Positions 11,241 to 22,169 of a DNA stretch of 64,000 bases are shown one piece after another. Positions within the stretch are counted from its first letter, which is position 1. Each line of letters opens with the position of its first letter. The stretch is from an uncultured Ignavibacteriaceae bacterium (GTDB lineage Bacteria > Bacteroidota > Ignavibacteria > UBA10030). Position numbers and translations under genes: made by a program. The DNA is taken from NCBI GenBank assembly GCA_964651225.1, contig CAZYYD010000004.1, forward strand, positions 8,932-72,931. Reading direction: 5' to 3'. Below the pieces are notes generated by a model that searched no databases, was not told the DNA's origin, and worked only from the letters and a program-made list of their open reading frames with translations.

Positions 11241-11424
11241 TCTCTTTCCCTAGCCAATAGAACAACAAAACTTCCATCGTCTCTGCAATAGTAAACCCGA
11301 GAGCGCCGGAAGTTTCTACGACTTTACTAACCAAAAATAGCGAAAAAAGGGGAGGCAATCAAGAAGTTATTTCGCGGAATTTCGTGCTTGGTACAATGAT
11401 CTGTGCCGAATGTCCTGACACTCA

Positions 11425-12723
11425 TTAACCGAGAACGCGAGAGACTTCCTGCAAGGTGGTTACACCATTTAACGCTTTTCGGATCGCATCCTGCCGAATT
11501 GCCTGAAATCCATAGTTACCAGCTTCTGCTCGCATCGCGAGAATAGATTCTTTCCTAAAGATCAAATCCCTCAGTGTCGGACTGATGGTGACGATTTCGC
11601 AAATGGCAAGACGGCCTTTGTAGCCTGTTCCACCGCAATTTTGGCATCCTCGACCGCGGAAGAGCTTGAGATCTGAAGATTCCATAGAAGCACCAACGAT
11701 CACAAGTTCATCGGGTGTCAATTGATATTCTTCCCTGCAATTGGGACAGATCTTGCGAATGAGCAGTTGATAAACGATACCTGCAACAGTCGAAGCAAGC
11801 CAGTAGGCCGGTACACCTAAGTTGAAGAGACGATGAATAGCCCCAACTGCATCATCAGCGAGCATTGTGCTGAGAACAAGGTTACCCGTTAACGCGGCTT
11901 CAGCTGCTACAATGCCAGTCTCAGCATCACGAATTTCACCAATCATAATAACATTAGGATTTTGTCGTAAAATTGCCCGCAATGCATCAATAAAGTTAAA
12001 TGATTTATCAGGCGGCAAATGTACCTGACTGGCATATGATAAGCGGTATTCAACGGGATCTTCGACAGTAATGATGCATTTTTCCGGAGTCTGGATGTGA
12101 TTCATTGATGCATAGACTGTGGTCGACTTGCCACTCCCAGAGGGACCAGTAATTAACAGCAATCCGCGCGGACTGCGCAGCAAGGCCCTCAGCCGTTCAA
12201 GATTTTCTTTGCTAAAACCGAGTTCCTCTATCCGCGAAATGGTCATATTCTTATGGAGTACACGTACCAGGCCGCGTTCCCCCACAAGTACAGGGATGAT
12301 ACTCACGCGAAAATCGTACGGCTCATTGTTATACGATGCTGAGTACCGCCCCTCTTGCGGTTTTTTCTTTTCGAATTGATTGAGTGTTGCTTTTGTTTTC
12401 AAAACACTCACGATGGATTCATTCATATCAGGAGGGAGAGAGACAAGACGTTTCAAAACCCCTTCATGACCAAGCCGAATTTGCAGTTCTCCCTCAATAG
12501 GCTCGAAATGAACATCGTTCGCATTACTTTGAACGGCCCTCATCAAGATCTCTTCAACGATTTGATCGGCGGTAGGTAATTTTCCCATCCGATAGAGTTC
12601 GCGGATCTTATCTTTTGAGAGAGATCTAACATCGAGTTGTTCCAGAGGGATCCGTTGTACCGGCTGGGACGGCTGACCAGGTGCGGGACGCGGTGTTGTT
12701 GGTTGTTGTGGTGTGACTGCCAT
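11425..12723 (-). CDS. type II/IV secretion-system ATPase (GspE/PilB family)
   Basis: It has Walker A GPSGSGKSTT, the Asp/His boxes, and the C-terminal tetracysteine CPNC…CQNCGGTGYKGR. Confidence 0.85.
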   Translation of the reverse strand: MAVTPQQPTTPRPAPGQPSQPVQRIPLEQLDVRSLSKDKIRELYRMGKLPTADQIVEEILMRAVQSNANDVHFEPIEGELQIRLGHEGVLKRLVSLPPDMNESIVSVLKTKATLNQFEKKKPQEGRYSASYNNEPYDFRVSIIPVLVGERGLVRVLHKNMTISRIEELGFSKENLERLRALLRSPRGLLLITGPSGSGKSTTVYASMNHIQTPEKCIITVEDPVEYRLSYASQVHLPPDKSFNFIDALRAILRQNPNVIMIGEIRDAETGIVAAEAALTGNLVLSTMLADDAVGAIHRLFNLGVPAYWLASTVAGIVYQLLIRKICPNCREEYQLTPDELVIVGASMESSDLKLFRGRGCQNCGGTGYKGRLAICEIVTISPTLRDLIFRKESILAMRAEAGNYGFQAIRQDAIRKALNGVTTLQEVSRVLG

Positions 12724-12808
12724 GATTAGACTCCGTGGAAGTGATCGCTTAAAATTTTCTTCACAGTGAGACCTTCCAGCATCTTCTGAGAAATGGAGAA
12801 CAACACTG

Positions 12809-13708
12809 TTAACTTGCTTTCTTTAACGCTTCTGCTCCACTGACGATCTCGAGCAACTCCTTTGTAATACTTGCCTGCCGTGCTTTATTATATGACAGCG
12901 TCAGATCATGGATGAGTTCTTTTGCATTCTCTGTGGCATTACTCATCGCTGTCATGCGGGCGCCTTCTTCCGAAGTGCTGGATTCCAGCAATACTCTCCA
13001 CATTTGGAAATTCAAGTGCTTCGGCAGCAAAACATTCATAATGTCACTGCTCGAAGGTTCATAGATATAATCGACTTGCGCAAGTGTACGAAGGTCTTTG
13101 GACTTTGTCAAATGCTCAGGTGGAATCGGCAACAGTTGTTCGCGAACGATCCGCTGCTGAATGACCGATTTAAACTCATTATAGATCACTTCTACTTTAT
13201 CAAATTCACCCTTGAGATAATCGTCCACCAATTGTTGGACGATCGTTCGAGCAGATCCTATATGGAGATTTCCGAAAAGACCAGTATGTTTCGCGTAGAG
13301 AGTATATTTTTGCTTTGAAAAGAAGTCTGTTGCCTTCTTTCCTATCGTAACGATGCGAACAGCATTTGGTTTGTTCAAGAGATGGGCATAGGATGTTTGG
13401 ATATGATCGATGGCAGCTTTCATGATATTGCTGTTGAAAGCACCGCACATACCGCGATCACCGGACACCACAACGACAACAACTCGTTTGATCTCTCGTT
13501 CTTTGAGCAAAGGATGGATAGAAGGATCGATCTTCGTGACGAGATGCTGGAGCAACTCGTTCATCTTTCGCGCATAGGGACGTGTTGAGACAAGTGCCTC
13601 TTGAGCACGGCGGAGTTTTGCGGCAGCCACCATTTTCATTGCTTTAGTGATCTTCTGTGTGCTTTTCACGCCGCTGATCCGGCGTCTGATTTCGCGAAGA
13701 GTTGCCAC
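12809..13708 (-). CDS. atpG: F1 ATP synthase gamma subunit
   Basis: It has MATLREIRRRISGVKSTQKITKAMKMVAAAKLRRAQ and the C-terminal ITKELLEIVSGAEAL. Confidence 0.93.
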   Translation of the reverse strand: MATLREIRRRISGVKSTQKITKAMKMVAAAKLRRAQEALVSTRPYARKMNELLQHLVTKIDPSIHPLLKEREIKRVVVVVVSGDRGMCGAFNSNIMKAAIDHIQTSYAHLLNKPNAVRIVTIGKKATDFFSKQKYTLYAKHTGLFGNLHIGSARTIVQQLVDDYLKGEFDKVEVIYNEFKSVIQQRIVREQLLPIPPEHLTKSKDLRTLAQVDYIYEPSSSDIMNVLLPKHLNFQMWRVLLESSTSEEGARMTAMSNATENAKELIHDLTLSYNKARQASITKELLEIVSGAEALKKAS

Positions 13709-13711
13709 GAC

Positions 13712-15265
13712 TTACTTTCCCGTTCCCTTGAATTTCTGAACAAATTCTTTCGCAATGCTGTGAAGCTTTGTATCGAGATCCTTGGAAATATCTTTCGTCT
13801 CAGAAATGAGCAGGAGTACATCTGCATACTTCAGTTCCATGAGTTCAAGGAATTCCCGTTCAAAGCGCTGCACCTCGGCCAACGGCAGTTCATCCAAATA
13901 TCCATTGGTACCCGTAAACATACTGACGACTTGTTTCTCAACGGCCATCGGGACATATTGTCCTTGCTTCAGCAATTCGACAAGTCGCGAACCGCGGCGT
14001 AGGGCTTGTTGTGTGGACTTATCAAGATCAGAACCGAATTTTGCGAAGGCTTCCAATTCACGATACTGTGCAAGATCCAGGCGCAGCCGACCTGCAACTT
14101 TTTTCATAGCTTTAATTTGAGCATGCCCGCCAACGCGCGATACCGAAATCCCAACATTGATTGCAGGTCGAACACCGGCATTAAACAGACTCGGTTCGAG
14201 ATAGATCTGACCATCGGTAATAGAAATCACATTGGTCGGGATGTACGCCGACACATCGCCCGCCTGTGTTTCAATAATCGGAAGAGCAGTCAGACTCCCG
14301 CCGCCGAGGTCATCATTCAGTTTTGACGCACGCTCCAAGAGACGTGAGTGCAGATAAAAGACGTCACCAGGATAAGCCTCGCGTCCCGGTGGACGTCGTA
14401 AGAGGAGCGACATTTGTCGGTATGCTTGTGCGTGCTTGGACAGGTCATCATAGATCACCAATGCATGACGGCCGGAATCGCGGAAGAATTCTCCCAGCGT
14501 GGCTCCGGCGTAAGGAGCAATGAACTGCAACGGTGCAGAATCGCTCGCGGAAGCGTGAATCACCGTGGTGAAATCCATGGCGCCATGTTCTTCCAGCATC
14601 GCAACGACTTGCGCAACCGTTGATCCTTTCTGGCCGATAGCAACATAAATGCAATAGACCGGCTGGACACCTTCTTTTTTTGCCCTTTCAGAATGAGTAT
14701 GCTTCTGGTTGATAATCGTATCGACGGCAATCGCTGTCTTGCCGGTCTGGCGGTCACCAATGATCAATTCCCGCTGCCCGCGTCCGATAGGGATCATCCC
14801 ATCAACAGGTTTGAGCCCTGTCTGTAAGGGCTCTTTCACAGGACTCCGCGCTATAACACCGAGCGCTTTGCGTTCCAGTGGAAGGAACTGTGTGGTTTTA
14901 ATAGGTCCTTTACCATCGAGAGGCTGTCCAAGCGGTGTCATAACACGGCCCAGCATTTGCTCACCCACCGGCATGGATGCGACACGCCCTGTTCGTTTTA
15001 CCGTATCACCCTCTTTAATATGTGTCGGCTCACCAAAGATGACGCAGCCGACATTGTCTTCTTCAAGGTTGAGTGTCATACCGAAGACATTGCCAGGGAA
15101 TTCTACTAACTCGCTTGCCATCACTTTCGAGAGACCGTATACACGTGCGATACCATCGCCGATCTGGAGTACCGTCCCAACGTCATAGATATCTACTTCC
15201 TTTTCAAACCCGGAGAGTTGTTTTCGCAATATGGACGATACTTCATCTGGTCTTACTTCTGCCAT
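13712..15265 (-). CDS. atpA: F1 ATP synthase alpha subunit
   Basis: It has GDRQTGKTA Walker A and [12 protein letters not shown], is ~515 aa long, and sits in the atp operon. Confidence 0.96.
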   Translation of the reverse strand: MAEVRPDEVSSILRKQLSGFEKEVDIYDVGTVLQIGDGIARVYGLSKVMASELVEFPGNVFGMTLNLEEDNVGCVIFGEPTHIKEGDTVKRTGRVASMPVGEQMLGRVMTPLGQPLDGKGPIKTTQFLPLERKALGVIARSPVKEPLQTGLKPVDGMIPIGRGQRELIIGDRQTGKTAIAVDTIINQKHTHSERAKKEGVQPVYCIYVAIGQKGSTVAQVVAMLEEHGAMDFTTVIHASASDSAPLQFIAPYAGATLGEFFRDSGRHALVIYDDLSKHAQAYRQMSLLLRRPPGREAYPGDVFYLHSRLLERASKLNDDLGGGSLTALPIIETQAGDVSAYIPTNVISITDGQIYLEPSLFNAGVRPAINVGISVSRVGGHAQIKAMKKVAGRLRLDLAQYRELEAFAKFGSDLDKSTQQALRRGSRLVELLKQGQYVPMAVEKQVVSMFTGTNGYLDELPLAEVQRFEREFLELMELKYADVLLLISETKDISKDLDTKLHSIAKEFVQKFKGTGK

Positions 15266-15339
15266 AGGAATCCTTTATTATCTGATATCACTGTTTCTAC
15301 ACGATGTCCTGCAATACATTCGTTCAACGATTGCCACTT

Positions 15340-15891
15340 TCACCGTTCTGGGACTTCTTCTGCAAACCGCTGGCGCAAAAGCTCTAACTGCCTCTTCACA
15401 CTCCCGTCGAACACGGTATCTCCGATACGGGCTACAAATCCACCCACCAGATGGGCATCGATCGTTGCCGCAATGCGTACTTTTTTCTTCGAGTACGCCT
15501 CAAAATGCTGCTCAAGCTGTGTGGTCTGTTGACGAGATAAATCTACCGCAGCGGTTACATGAACATTCACAATTCCCAATGTCTCATCCTGCAACCGGAA
15601 GAACGCTTCGATAATACTTGGAAGAGTATCTTCCCTCCTTTTTTCCGCAAGGAGAGATAAGAAATCAAGAGTTAACGGTTGAACGGATTTTTGAAATGTT
15701 GCTTGAAACACTTGTTGTTTTTTTCCCGCCTTCACAACCGGGCTTTTGAGAAAGAGCTGAAACTCACGCGACTCATGAATGATTCGTCGAATACCAGTGA
15801 GGTCATCGCTGACTTTCTTGAGTATGTGCATTTCCTCCGCAGCGGTTATCAATGCTTCAGCATAACGATTTGCTATTCTCACAGTGCTCAT
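15340..15891 (-). CDS. atpH: F1 ATP synthase delta (OSCP) subunit
   Basis: It lies between atpF and atpA, starts with …IANRYAEAL, and ends with GGFVARIGDTVFDGSVKRQL. Confidence 0.85.
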   Translation of the reverse strand: MSTVRIANRYAEALITAAEEMHILKKVSDDLTGIRRIIHESREFQLFLKSPVVKAGKKQQVFQATFQKSVQPLTLDFLSLLAEKRREDTLPSIIEAFFRLQDETLGIVNVHVTAAVDLSRQQTTQLEQHFEAYSKKKVRIAATIDAHLVGGFVARIGDTVFDGSVKRQLELLRQRFAEEVPER

Positions 15892-15897
15892 AATTCG

Positions 15898-16392
15898 TCA
15901 GTTCTTGGGAAGCTTGTGAATGACAGAATCGGCGAGTTTCTTTTGCGTTTTCTCATCCAGCGTCTCTTCGAGAATTTTTCCTGCTGCTTGCACAGCAAGG
16001 TCAGCGATCTCTGACCGCAGCTGTAGTTTTGCTGCATCCACGCTCCGTTGAATTTCTTCGGATGCCTGCTTCAATTCATGCTGGGCCTGTTGTTTCGCCT
16101 TCGTAACAATCTCGTCCTTGAGTTTCTCGGCGAGTATCTTTCCTTCGCGGATCATTTTCTGATATTCCTCTTCTGCCCGCGCGAGATTCTTTTCGTTTTG
16201 TTTCATCATCTCTGCCGCTTCTGTCCGGGCACGTTCCGCCTGCTCCAGAGCTGATCGAATTTGATCTTCACGTTCTCCGAGCATTTTCAGGATGGGCTTC
16301 CAGGCATATTTCCCCAGCACCGTCAGCAGCACAAGGAAGGAGACGATTGTCCAGATGATGAGTCCGGGATTGATGTCGAACAATAATTCCAT
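15898..16392 (-). CDS. atpF: F0 ATP synthase subunit b
   Basis: It has a single N-terminal TM helix followed by a long charged helix. The ATG at 16392 (MELLFDINPG…) avoids overlap with atpE. Confidence 0.85.
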   Translation of the reverse strand: MELLFDINPGLIIWTIVSFLVLLTVLGKYAWKPILKMLGEREDQIRSALEQAERARTEAAEMMKQNEKNLARAEEEYQKMIREGKILAEKLKDEIVTKAKQQAQHELKQASEEIQRSVDAAKLQLRSEIADLAVQAAGKILEETLDEKTQKKLADSVIHKLPKN

Positions 16393-16411
16393 AAATGGAT
16401 GTTCCTTTTCT

Positions 16412-16639
16412 TTACTTGAGTGCAAGAAGAATACAGATCGCAAGCGCAAAGAATGTTACACCTTCGATCAGAGCTGCAGCGATCAGCATCGACACGCGCA
16501 CTTGTGCAGCAACTTCGGGTTGACGCCCGCTTGCATCCATTGCTGCTGCGGCAAGTTTGCCTATACCAAATGAGGCTCCGAGAATAACGAGTCCTGATCC
16601 AAATCCTGCCGCAAGATAAGCCATTGCATTTGCTTCCAT
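16412..16639 (-). CDS. atpE: F0 ATP synthase subunit c
   Basis: It is a 75-aa two-helix hairpin with a GRQPE loop and the conserved carboxylate in …AALIEGV…. Confidence 0.9.
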   Translation of the reverse strand: MEANAMAYLAAGFGSGLVILGASFGIGKLAAAAMDASGRQPEVAAQVRVSMLIAAALIEGVTFFALAICILLALK

Positions 16640-16693
16640 TGAGTATTCCTCCTGAGAATGGTTTAACGTATGAGTGAAATAGTTTTTTCTACA

Positions 16694-17605
16694 TTAATGA
16701 TGATTTTCTTTGTGACCTTCACTCTGCATACCCAACCCCATGAACAGGGTTGCCAGCATTGTAAAAACATATGCTTGAAGGAATGCAACAAAGAGTTCCA
16801 GCAAATAGATTCCCACCACAAAGAGTACCGGCACCGGTGCTACGATAAATGAACGGAACATAAATATGAGCCCAAAAAACGATAGAATGACGATATGGCC
16901 GCCGGTCATGTTCGCGAACAACCGCATACACAACGCAAATGGTTTTGTAAAGAGGCCAAGAATTTCGATCGGGACCATGATCAGCCAGAGGAACCATGGT
17001 GCCCCTCCCGTTAAATGCGCAAGGTAATATTTGAGACCCCGGGAGTTGATGGCTGCAATCTGAATCATAAAAAAAGCGATGATCGCCAGACCTGCAGTTA
17101 CCATGATATTACCGGTTGCCGTAGAACCGTAGGGAAGTATACCGGCTAAATTCATGATAAGAATATAAAAGAATGTCGTAAGCACATACGGCATATATGC
17201 AAGGCCAGCTACACCCATATTGGGTATAACCACTTCATCCCGGAAAAAAATAATGACCATTTCTATCAGGTTCACGAAACCACGCGGTACGAGACTCTTT
17301 TTATATGACCGCGCAGTATACAAGGCGGTCAACAGAAGCAGCACACCTCCGAGCAACAGGAAAAAGACATGCTTGGTGATGGAAAGATCCATGGTGAAGC
17401 CGCCAAGATGCACAGGCGGAAATTGAGGGAGAGCAACATGACCAAAGGGAAATTCTACGCTCTGTGAATTCTTCAGATGCTCAAGCAAGTGCATGAAATT
17501 GAATCCACCCTCATGCGCGCCCGAGATGTGTGCAACAGCTGCCGTATCGCGAAGGGCAAGGGCCGTCGAGTGAAGAGTATCTACTGCCGATGAAGATTCA
17601 AACAT
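16694..17605 (-). CDS. atpB: F0 ATP synthase subunit a
   Basis: It is polytopic and has the conserved LCMRLFANMTGGH arginine region. The ATG at 17605 avoids overlap with the upstream gene. Confidence 0.88.
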   Translation of the reverse strand: MFESSSAVDTLHSTALALRDTAAVAHISGAHEGGFNFMHLLEHLKNSQSVEFPFGHVALPQFPPVHLGGFTMDLSITKHVFFLLLGGVLLLLTALYTARSYKKSLVPRGFVNLIEMVIIFFRDEVVIPNMGVAGLAYMPYVLTTFFYILIMNLAGILPYGSTATGNIMVTAGLAIIAFFMIQIAAINSRGLKYYLAHLTGGAPWFLWLIMVPIEILGLFTKPFALCMRLFANMTGGHIVILSFFGLIFMFRSFIVAPVPVLFVVGIYLLELFVAFLQAYVFTMLATLFMGLGMQSEGHKENHH

Positions 17606-17619
17606 CAGCGATAAGGTCC

Positions 17620-18003
17620 CTATTGTTTTGTCGAAATACGCTTTTGTAGATAGAAAATTTCCAGCATTAAATTCATCACATAAAAAAACAACAGCGACAA
17701 CATGAGTGATGCCGAATGAAATCCATAAATACGGATGAGAACCAGGAGAATTCCCCACATGCATACCAACCGACCGACCATTCCCCCCAGGACGTATTTG
17801 AGGAATGTCGTATGTGATCGCTCAAAGGAGAATTCGATCGCGAGATATCCCAAGAACAAATTGAGAAAACTGATGAGGCCACCGGCAACGATACTGCGGA
17901 TCACTGTCGCCGTTGCAAACTCCGAAATCGGATAATACGTCAGCGCAGCAGCACCTGCAAAACACAATGTCACTAACCGTAAAAAACGCCAATCAATCTT
18001 CAC
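17620..18003 (-). CDS. AtpI-like small membrane protein
   Basis: It has four predicted TM helices and lies directly upstream of atpB. Confidence 0.55.
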   Translation of the reverse strand: MKIDWRFLRLVTLCFAGAAALTYYPISEFATATVIRSIVAGGLISFLNLFLGYLAIEFSFERSHTTFLKYVLGGMVGRLVCMWGILLVLIRIYGFHSASLMLSLLFFYVMNLMLEIFYLQKRISTKQ

Positions 18004-18313
18004 GCTTGTCGCTCACTTTTGATTGTTTCTCATCAGATGTCAACGATGCTACTGTCTTGAAAAACTTCACAAAGCCGCCGATACTCCCCAGCACCGCACC
18101 AACCAACTTTCCGAAGGGCGCAATCCCAAATCGATTATCAACCCAATGACCGATCAGAAGAAAAACGACCACAGCCGCAGCAAGTTGAAATCCCAAAGTT
18201 AAAAATGGTGCGAGATCTCGATACACGCCGGAGATCTTTTTATATTCTTTTTGAGGCCGACGATCCGGAGTTCCAGAACCCATGCGGTGTTCTTCCTCTC
18301 CCGAACGATCCAT
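17993..18313 (-). CDS. AtpZ/AtpR-like putative F0F1-ATPase accessory membrane protein
   Basis: It is a small two-TM protein (…LTLGFQLAAAVVVFLLIGHWVD…) at the head of the atp operon. Confidence 0.5.
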   Translation of the reverse strand: MDRSGEEEHRMGSGTPDRRPQKEYKKISGVYRDLAPFLTLGFQLAAAVVVFLLIGHWVDNRFGIAPFGKLVGAVLGSIGGFVKFFKTVASLTSDEKQSKVSDKRED

Positions 18314-18679
18314 TTAGTGCTTCACTTCGTACAGCGGAGCTTTTTCCGTCATAGAGACTTTCCCATCAAAGATTGTTCCTTCGTCAATGATGAGACGTGT
18401 GGCACGAATATCGCCGCGAATGACAGATTTTCCTTCAAAGACAATTTTCTCTGAGGCATTGATCGTCCCGCGCACCTTCCCGCCGATGGTTACATTCTTT
18501 GCAGTAATATTCCCTTCGACCTCGCCGGTCACGCCAATCGCCAGCGACTCGCTTGCTGTGACTTCGCCTATCAACTTTCCATCAATACGCACACTCCCCT
18601 GGCTCCTTATCTTCCCTTCCAGCACTGTTCCGGCACCGATAAGGTTCATTTCTTTTACAGGATCAAGTTTTGCTGCCAC
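18314..18679 (-). CDS. bactofilin-family polymer-forming protein
   Basis: It has the repetitive beta-helix pattern G.(V/I).G.(I/V) (KIRSQGSVRIDGKLIGEVTA…VRGTINA…IRGDIRA). Confidence 0.8.
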   Translation of the reverse strand: MAAKLDPVKEMNLIGAGTVLEGKIRSQGSVRIDGKLIGEVTASESLAIGVTGEVEGNITAKNVTIGGKVRGTINASEKIVFEGKSVIRGDIRATRLIIDEGTIFDGKVSMTEKAPLYEVKH

Positions 18680-18688
18680 ATGTCACCT

Positions 18689-19579
18689 TTAGAGATAAAA
18701 ATTTATCATATATGCAGATGGATCAACCGGTACTCCATCCTTCCACACTTCAAAATGCAGATGAGGACCTAAACTCGTTATCCCCGAGTTGCCCAGCGTA
18801 GCGATGGGATCACCGCGTCTAACAAATGCACCCAAAGACTTTAACAACGTTTGATTATGTTTATAAAATGTCATAAATCCGCTCGTATGCGAGAGGATCA
18901 CGATATACCCGTCATCGTACGTCCAGCCGGAAAAAACGATATTCCCGTCAGCGGCTGCAACAATCAAAGTCCCTGTTTTTCCCGCAATATCCAACCCATA
19001 ATGATTATGCTCCGGTTCAAACCCCCGGGTTACATAACCCTCAGTGGGCATAATTGCCGGAAACGAAATTCCAATCGGAACCTGGGCTTCACTCGTTACG
19101 GAACGCGCAGCGAGCATCCGTTGTTCTGAACCCATCCGCGGCAGTATTTTTGAACCTGTCGACTCGTCGAGCCTTGTACGATAACTTCCCGCTTCGGTCT
19201 GTGGCAATACCGTCTTAATGCCTCCAGAATCAGTAACAACCACATTTTCTCCAAGAGCTCGGCGTAGTTTGATATTATACGTTCGCAAATCCATCAGTTG
19301 TTCCATAAGACCGGTCATACGTTGGTTGAGTGAAACGAGCTCCCTGCTGTATCTGTTTTCCAGTTCAGGATTCGTTAAAGGGAACACGAGACCCACTGGA
19401 GTATAGATGATGGTCAGAAGAACGATCGCCACTGCGAATGCTGCAAAAAGCATCAATCCTGCAACCAATTGCCATGGAGCAACCTGAAAATTCTTTGCTT
19501 TGGTGGCATCTTCATCCGGAACCAGGATCATGGTGTACCGGTTTTTCTTAGATTTATGATGCCGTCGATCTGCTGCCAA
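18689..19579 (-). CDS. M23-family metallopeptidase, membrane anchored
   Basis: It has an N-terminal TM helix, a coiled-coil, and HYGLDIAG…GNSG…GPHLHFEVW LytM motifs. Confidence 0.85.
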   Translation of the reverse strand: MAADRRHHKSKKNRYTMILVPDEDATKAKNFQVAPWQLVAGLMLFAAFAVAIVLLTIIYTPVGLVFPLTNPELENRYSRELVSLNQRMTGLMEQLMDLRTYNIKLRRALGENVVVTDSGGIKTVLPQTEAGSYRTRLDESTGSKILPRMGSEQRMLAARSVTSEAQVPIGISFPAIMPTEGYVTRGFEPEHNHYGLDIAGKTGTLIVAAADGNIVFSGWTYDDGYIVILSHTSGFMTFYKHNQTLLKSLGAFVRRGDPIATLGNSGITSLGPHLHFEVWKDGVPVDPSAYMINFYL

Positions 19580-19777
19580 AGATTCCGCCTTTAAACCGAT
19601 TATGATTTATTTAAGTGTAAAGTATAGTAAAAAAAGGGCGAAAGTCAAAATCTTTGTCTTGCTTGACTTCCCCGTCGATTTTGCGTACTTTATATATGTT
19701 TGTTGGCCTGCTCTTGGATAAAATGTGCTGAATCAGCCAACCTCAAGATGTCCCCAAGGAGTTAACAGGAAATCCAT

Positions 19778-20206
19778 ATGACAAAATCAAAATATATTAT
19801 GCACCAATGTGCATACTGCCGTCGGGAATCAAAGATGGAATTTGTCGGCACTCAACCGACAGAAAACACGAATGCAACTGAACCGGCCAAAATCTGGTAT
19901 CGTTGCTGCCGGTGTAAACATAGCGCTCTGCTCACTATCGCACCGGTTGCCCCGACAAAAAAGAACCAAGTTGTTGCCATTGACCGCGAACAATGTATAC
20001 CCTATTCTAAAGAAAAAACATTCTCTGTTGGCGAACTTATTTACCATACAGAATTGGATGATGCTGGGAGGGTGGTTCGAAAAGAGAAGATGTCGAATGG
20101 AATTCATTCCATCGTAGTAAATTTCGAAAAACTCGGTGAACGAAAGCTGTTAGAAGGTATTCCGTTAGAAACTGAAGAACTGGTGGAAACCGAAACTGTC
20201 TCATAA
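19778..20206 (+). CDS. hypothetical zinc-ribbon protein
   Basis: It has CxxC…CxxC (CAYC…CCRC) at the N-terminus and a strong divergent position upstream of rpsU. Confidence 0.5.
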   Translation: MTKSKYIMHQCAYCRRESKMEFVGTQPTENTNATEPAKIWYRCCRCKHSALLTIAPVAPTKKNQVVAIDREQCIPYSKEKTFSVGELIYHTELDDAGRVVRKEKMSNGIHSIVVNFEKLGERKLLEGIPLETEELVETETVS

Positions 20207-20235
20207 TTATTATCTTGTGCGAAGGAGGTGATTCC

Positions 20236-20430
20236 TTGGTCGGCATCATCATTGGTGAGAATGAGCCTATCGATCGTGCTATACGGCGTTTTAAGAAAAA
20301 GTACGAACGGTCTGGCATTCTGAAAGAGGTAAAGAAACGTGCTTTCTTTACAAAACCCTCGGTCAAGAAACGTATGAAAATGGCGAAAGCGATTCGCCGG
20401 TCTCAGCGCGCGGCATCAGAAGAACTATAG
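20236..20430 (+). CDS. rpsU: 30S ribosomal protein S21
   Basis: It has GENEPIDRAIRRFKKKYERSGILKEVKKRAFFTKPS. The TTG at 20236 lies 7 nt after GAAGGAGG, and the track ORF start at 20215 is also a TTG. Confidence 0.88.
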   Translation: MVGIIIGENEPIDRAIRRFKKKYERSGILKEVKKRAFFTKPSVKKRMKMAKAIRRSQRAASEEL

Positions 20431-20456
20431 CCCTCTCTTCCTGATTTCATTGAAAA

Positions 20457-20488
20457 GCCCCTGGCAACGTCTGCCGAGGGGCTTTTTT
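20457..20488 (+). terminator. rho-independent terminator after rpsU
   Basis: A GC-rich stem (GCCCCTGGCA / TGCCGAGGGGC) is followed by TTTTTT. Confidence 0.6.
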
Positions 20489-20543
20489 CGTTTCTGACCA
20501 ACTTTCGGATCTTCGGCCTATTTCAAACCTTTTAAGCGGTCCT

Positions 20544-21056
20544 CTAGCGCTGCCGTGCAATATCCAGGAGATGCTGGATCGTGGGAAAATCTGCAGAACG
20601 ATGTGAATGGACTACCATCCAATGATCACCCCGCCGTTCCAGAATAAATGTGGTAGGAAGATATTCGTCCATCGATATTCCATTCAGTGTGTATGTTTGA
20701 CGGAGGATGAAAAACGCGTAAGCCCCGTCACCGTAGACTTTAATATTCACGCTTTCCAATCGATTTTCATAATCCTTTATCATGGGAAGCGCTGAATGTA
20801 ATCGTTTCTTTGTGGAATCGATAGGTTCCGTCAAGCCCCAATAGGTGACATAGTAGACATTGCTGTCGAAGAATCGGTCCATGAGACTGTCCGTATTGAC
20901 CGCGGCCCCATTAAATGCACGTTTCAGTGATTGATGGAACTCCGCTATTTCACGCTCAATCATAGCGGCATCTTCCGTTGTATCCTTTATGACCTTCTGT
21001 TCTTTTGAGTTGCAGGACATGAGTACCACGAGAAATATGACCGGAAAGATTCTCAT
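20544..21056 (-). CDS. SnoaL/DUF4440-like (NTF2-fold) lipoprotein
   Basis: It has a signal peptide with lipobox (…VLMSC). The size and the …HWMVVHSHRS C-terminus are typical of NTF2-like folds. Confidence 0.5.
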   Translation of the reverse strand: MRIFPVIFLVVLMSCNSKEQKVIKDTTEDAAMIEREIAEFHQSLKRAFNGAAVNTDSLMDRFFDSNVYYVTYWGLTEPIDSTKKRLHSALPMIKDYENRLESVNIKVYGDGAYAFFILRQTYTLNGISMDEYLPTTFILERRGDHWMVVHSHRSADFPTIQHLLDIARQR

Positions 21057-21188
21057 CGTTCACCTCATCTGTTATGGTGGATACTGCGGGCATTGTTCTC
21101 AGATTCTAAGAAGCACGTACGCTCCGGATGTCTCGCGAGAATATATCGAGCTCTCTTACAAAAAGCAAGTTTTTGGCATATTCTGCGC

Positions 21189-22157
21189 TTAGAGATAAAA
21201 ATTGCGATTCCACGTATGATGACGCAATTCGGAAACAAGTTCTTCACTCAGCTTCTTCTCATGAGAGTAGCTGCAATTCATTTCGACATTCGTGATGCTG
21301 CGCATCCCTGGAATGACAGTCGAGACTGCAGGATGATGCAGACAAAAGCGCAGCGCCAGCTCAGGGATAGACGAGGCTTCGTTCCCGAGAAGAGTCTTGA
21401 GCTTTTCAACATGATCGACCACCTGCTGTTTCCGGTCATCCCGGAAATAGCGGATGCGGAAATCTCCAGGAGGGAACGTAGTGTCCCGGGTCATCTTCCC
21501 TGTCAGCCCTCCTTCATCCAGGGGAACACGTGCAATTATACCAACATTCAATTTCTGACAGAGCGGGAAGAGATCCTCCTCCGGAGTCTGATCAAAGATA
21601 TTATATATGACCTGGAACGAATCGACTAAACCCGTGGCCGCAGCCTTCAAAGCATTCTCCGGCTGATGATCGTTGATGGAAATACCGAAGAACCGGATCT
21701 TTTGCTGTTCTTTCAACTTGGCAATGGCATCCTGCCATTCATGGTCTGCCGTCCAATCATCATTCCACACATGGAATTGATGAACATCGATGATATCAAC
21801 CTTGAGGTTCTTCAAGCTCGTTTCTGTGGATTTTATTATATGATCGTGCGGAAAAGCCTCACGGAGCAATGTGCCAGGTCTTGCAGGCCACTTTCCATTT
21901 TTCGGAGGTATCTTCGAGGCAACGAAAAGCTTCTCCTTTCTCTCCCGGAGGACTCTTCCGACAAGATTCTCGGAGTGGCCATCTCCGTACACTAATGCCG
22001 AATCGATAAAATTGAGTCCCAGGTCGACCGCTCGATGAAGTGCCCGGATCGATTCATTATCCTTCGCCCCTTGCCAAAGAGCTCCGCCGATTCCCCACGC
22101 ACCATATCCGATTTCTGAGATCTTGAGTCCCGTTTTCCCAAGCATTCGATATTCCAT
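21189..22157 (-). CDS. aldo/keto reductase
   Basis: It has GYGAWGIGG…, DSALVYGDGHSE, and a length of ~320 aa. Confidence 0.9.
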   Translation of the reverse strand: MEYRMLGKTGLKISEIGYGAWGIGGALWQGAKDNESIRALHRAVDLGLNFIDSALVYGDGHSENLVGRVLRERKEKLFVASKIPPKNGKWPARPGTLLREAFPHDHIIKSTETSLKNLKVDIIDVHQFHVWNDDWTADHEWQDAIAKLKEQQKIRFFGISINDHQPENALKAAATGLVDSFQVIYNIFDQTPEEDLFPLCQKLNVGIIARVPLDEGGLTGKMTRDTTFPPGDFRIRYFRDDRKQQVVDHVEKLKTLLGNEASSIPELALRFCLHHPAVSTVIPGMRSITNVEMNCSYSHEKKLSEELVSELRHHTWNRNFYL

Positions 22158-22169
22158 ATTGTTCCTTGT

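Noticed and set aside
12809-18313. The atp operon ends at atpG without atpD and atpC, considered as a possible deletion.
   Set aside because: Split atp operons, with beta and epsilon encoded elsewhere, are normal in several lineages including the Chlorobi/Bacteroidota group. The neighbouring gene is intact and there are no signs of rearrangement.
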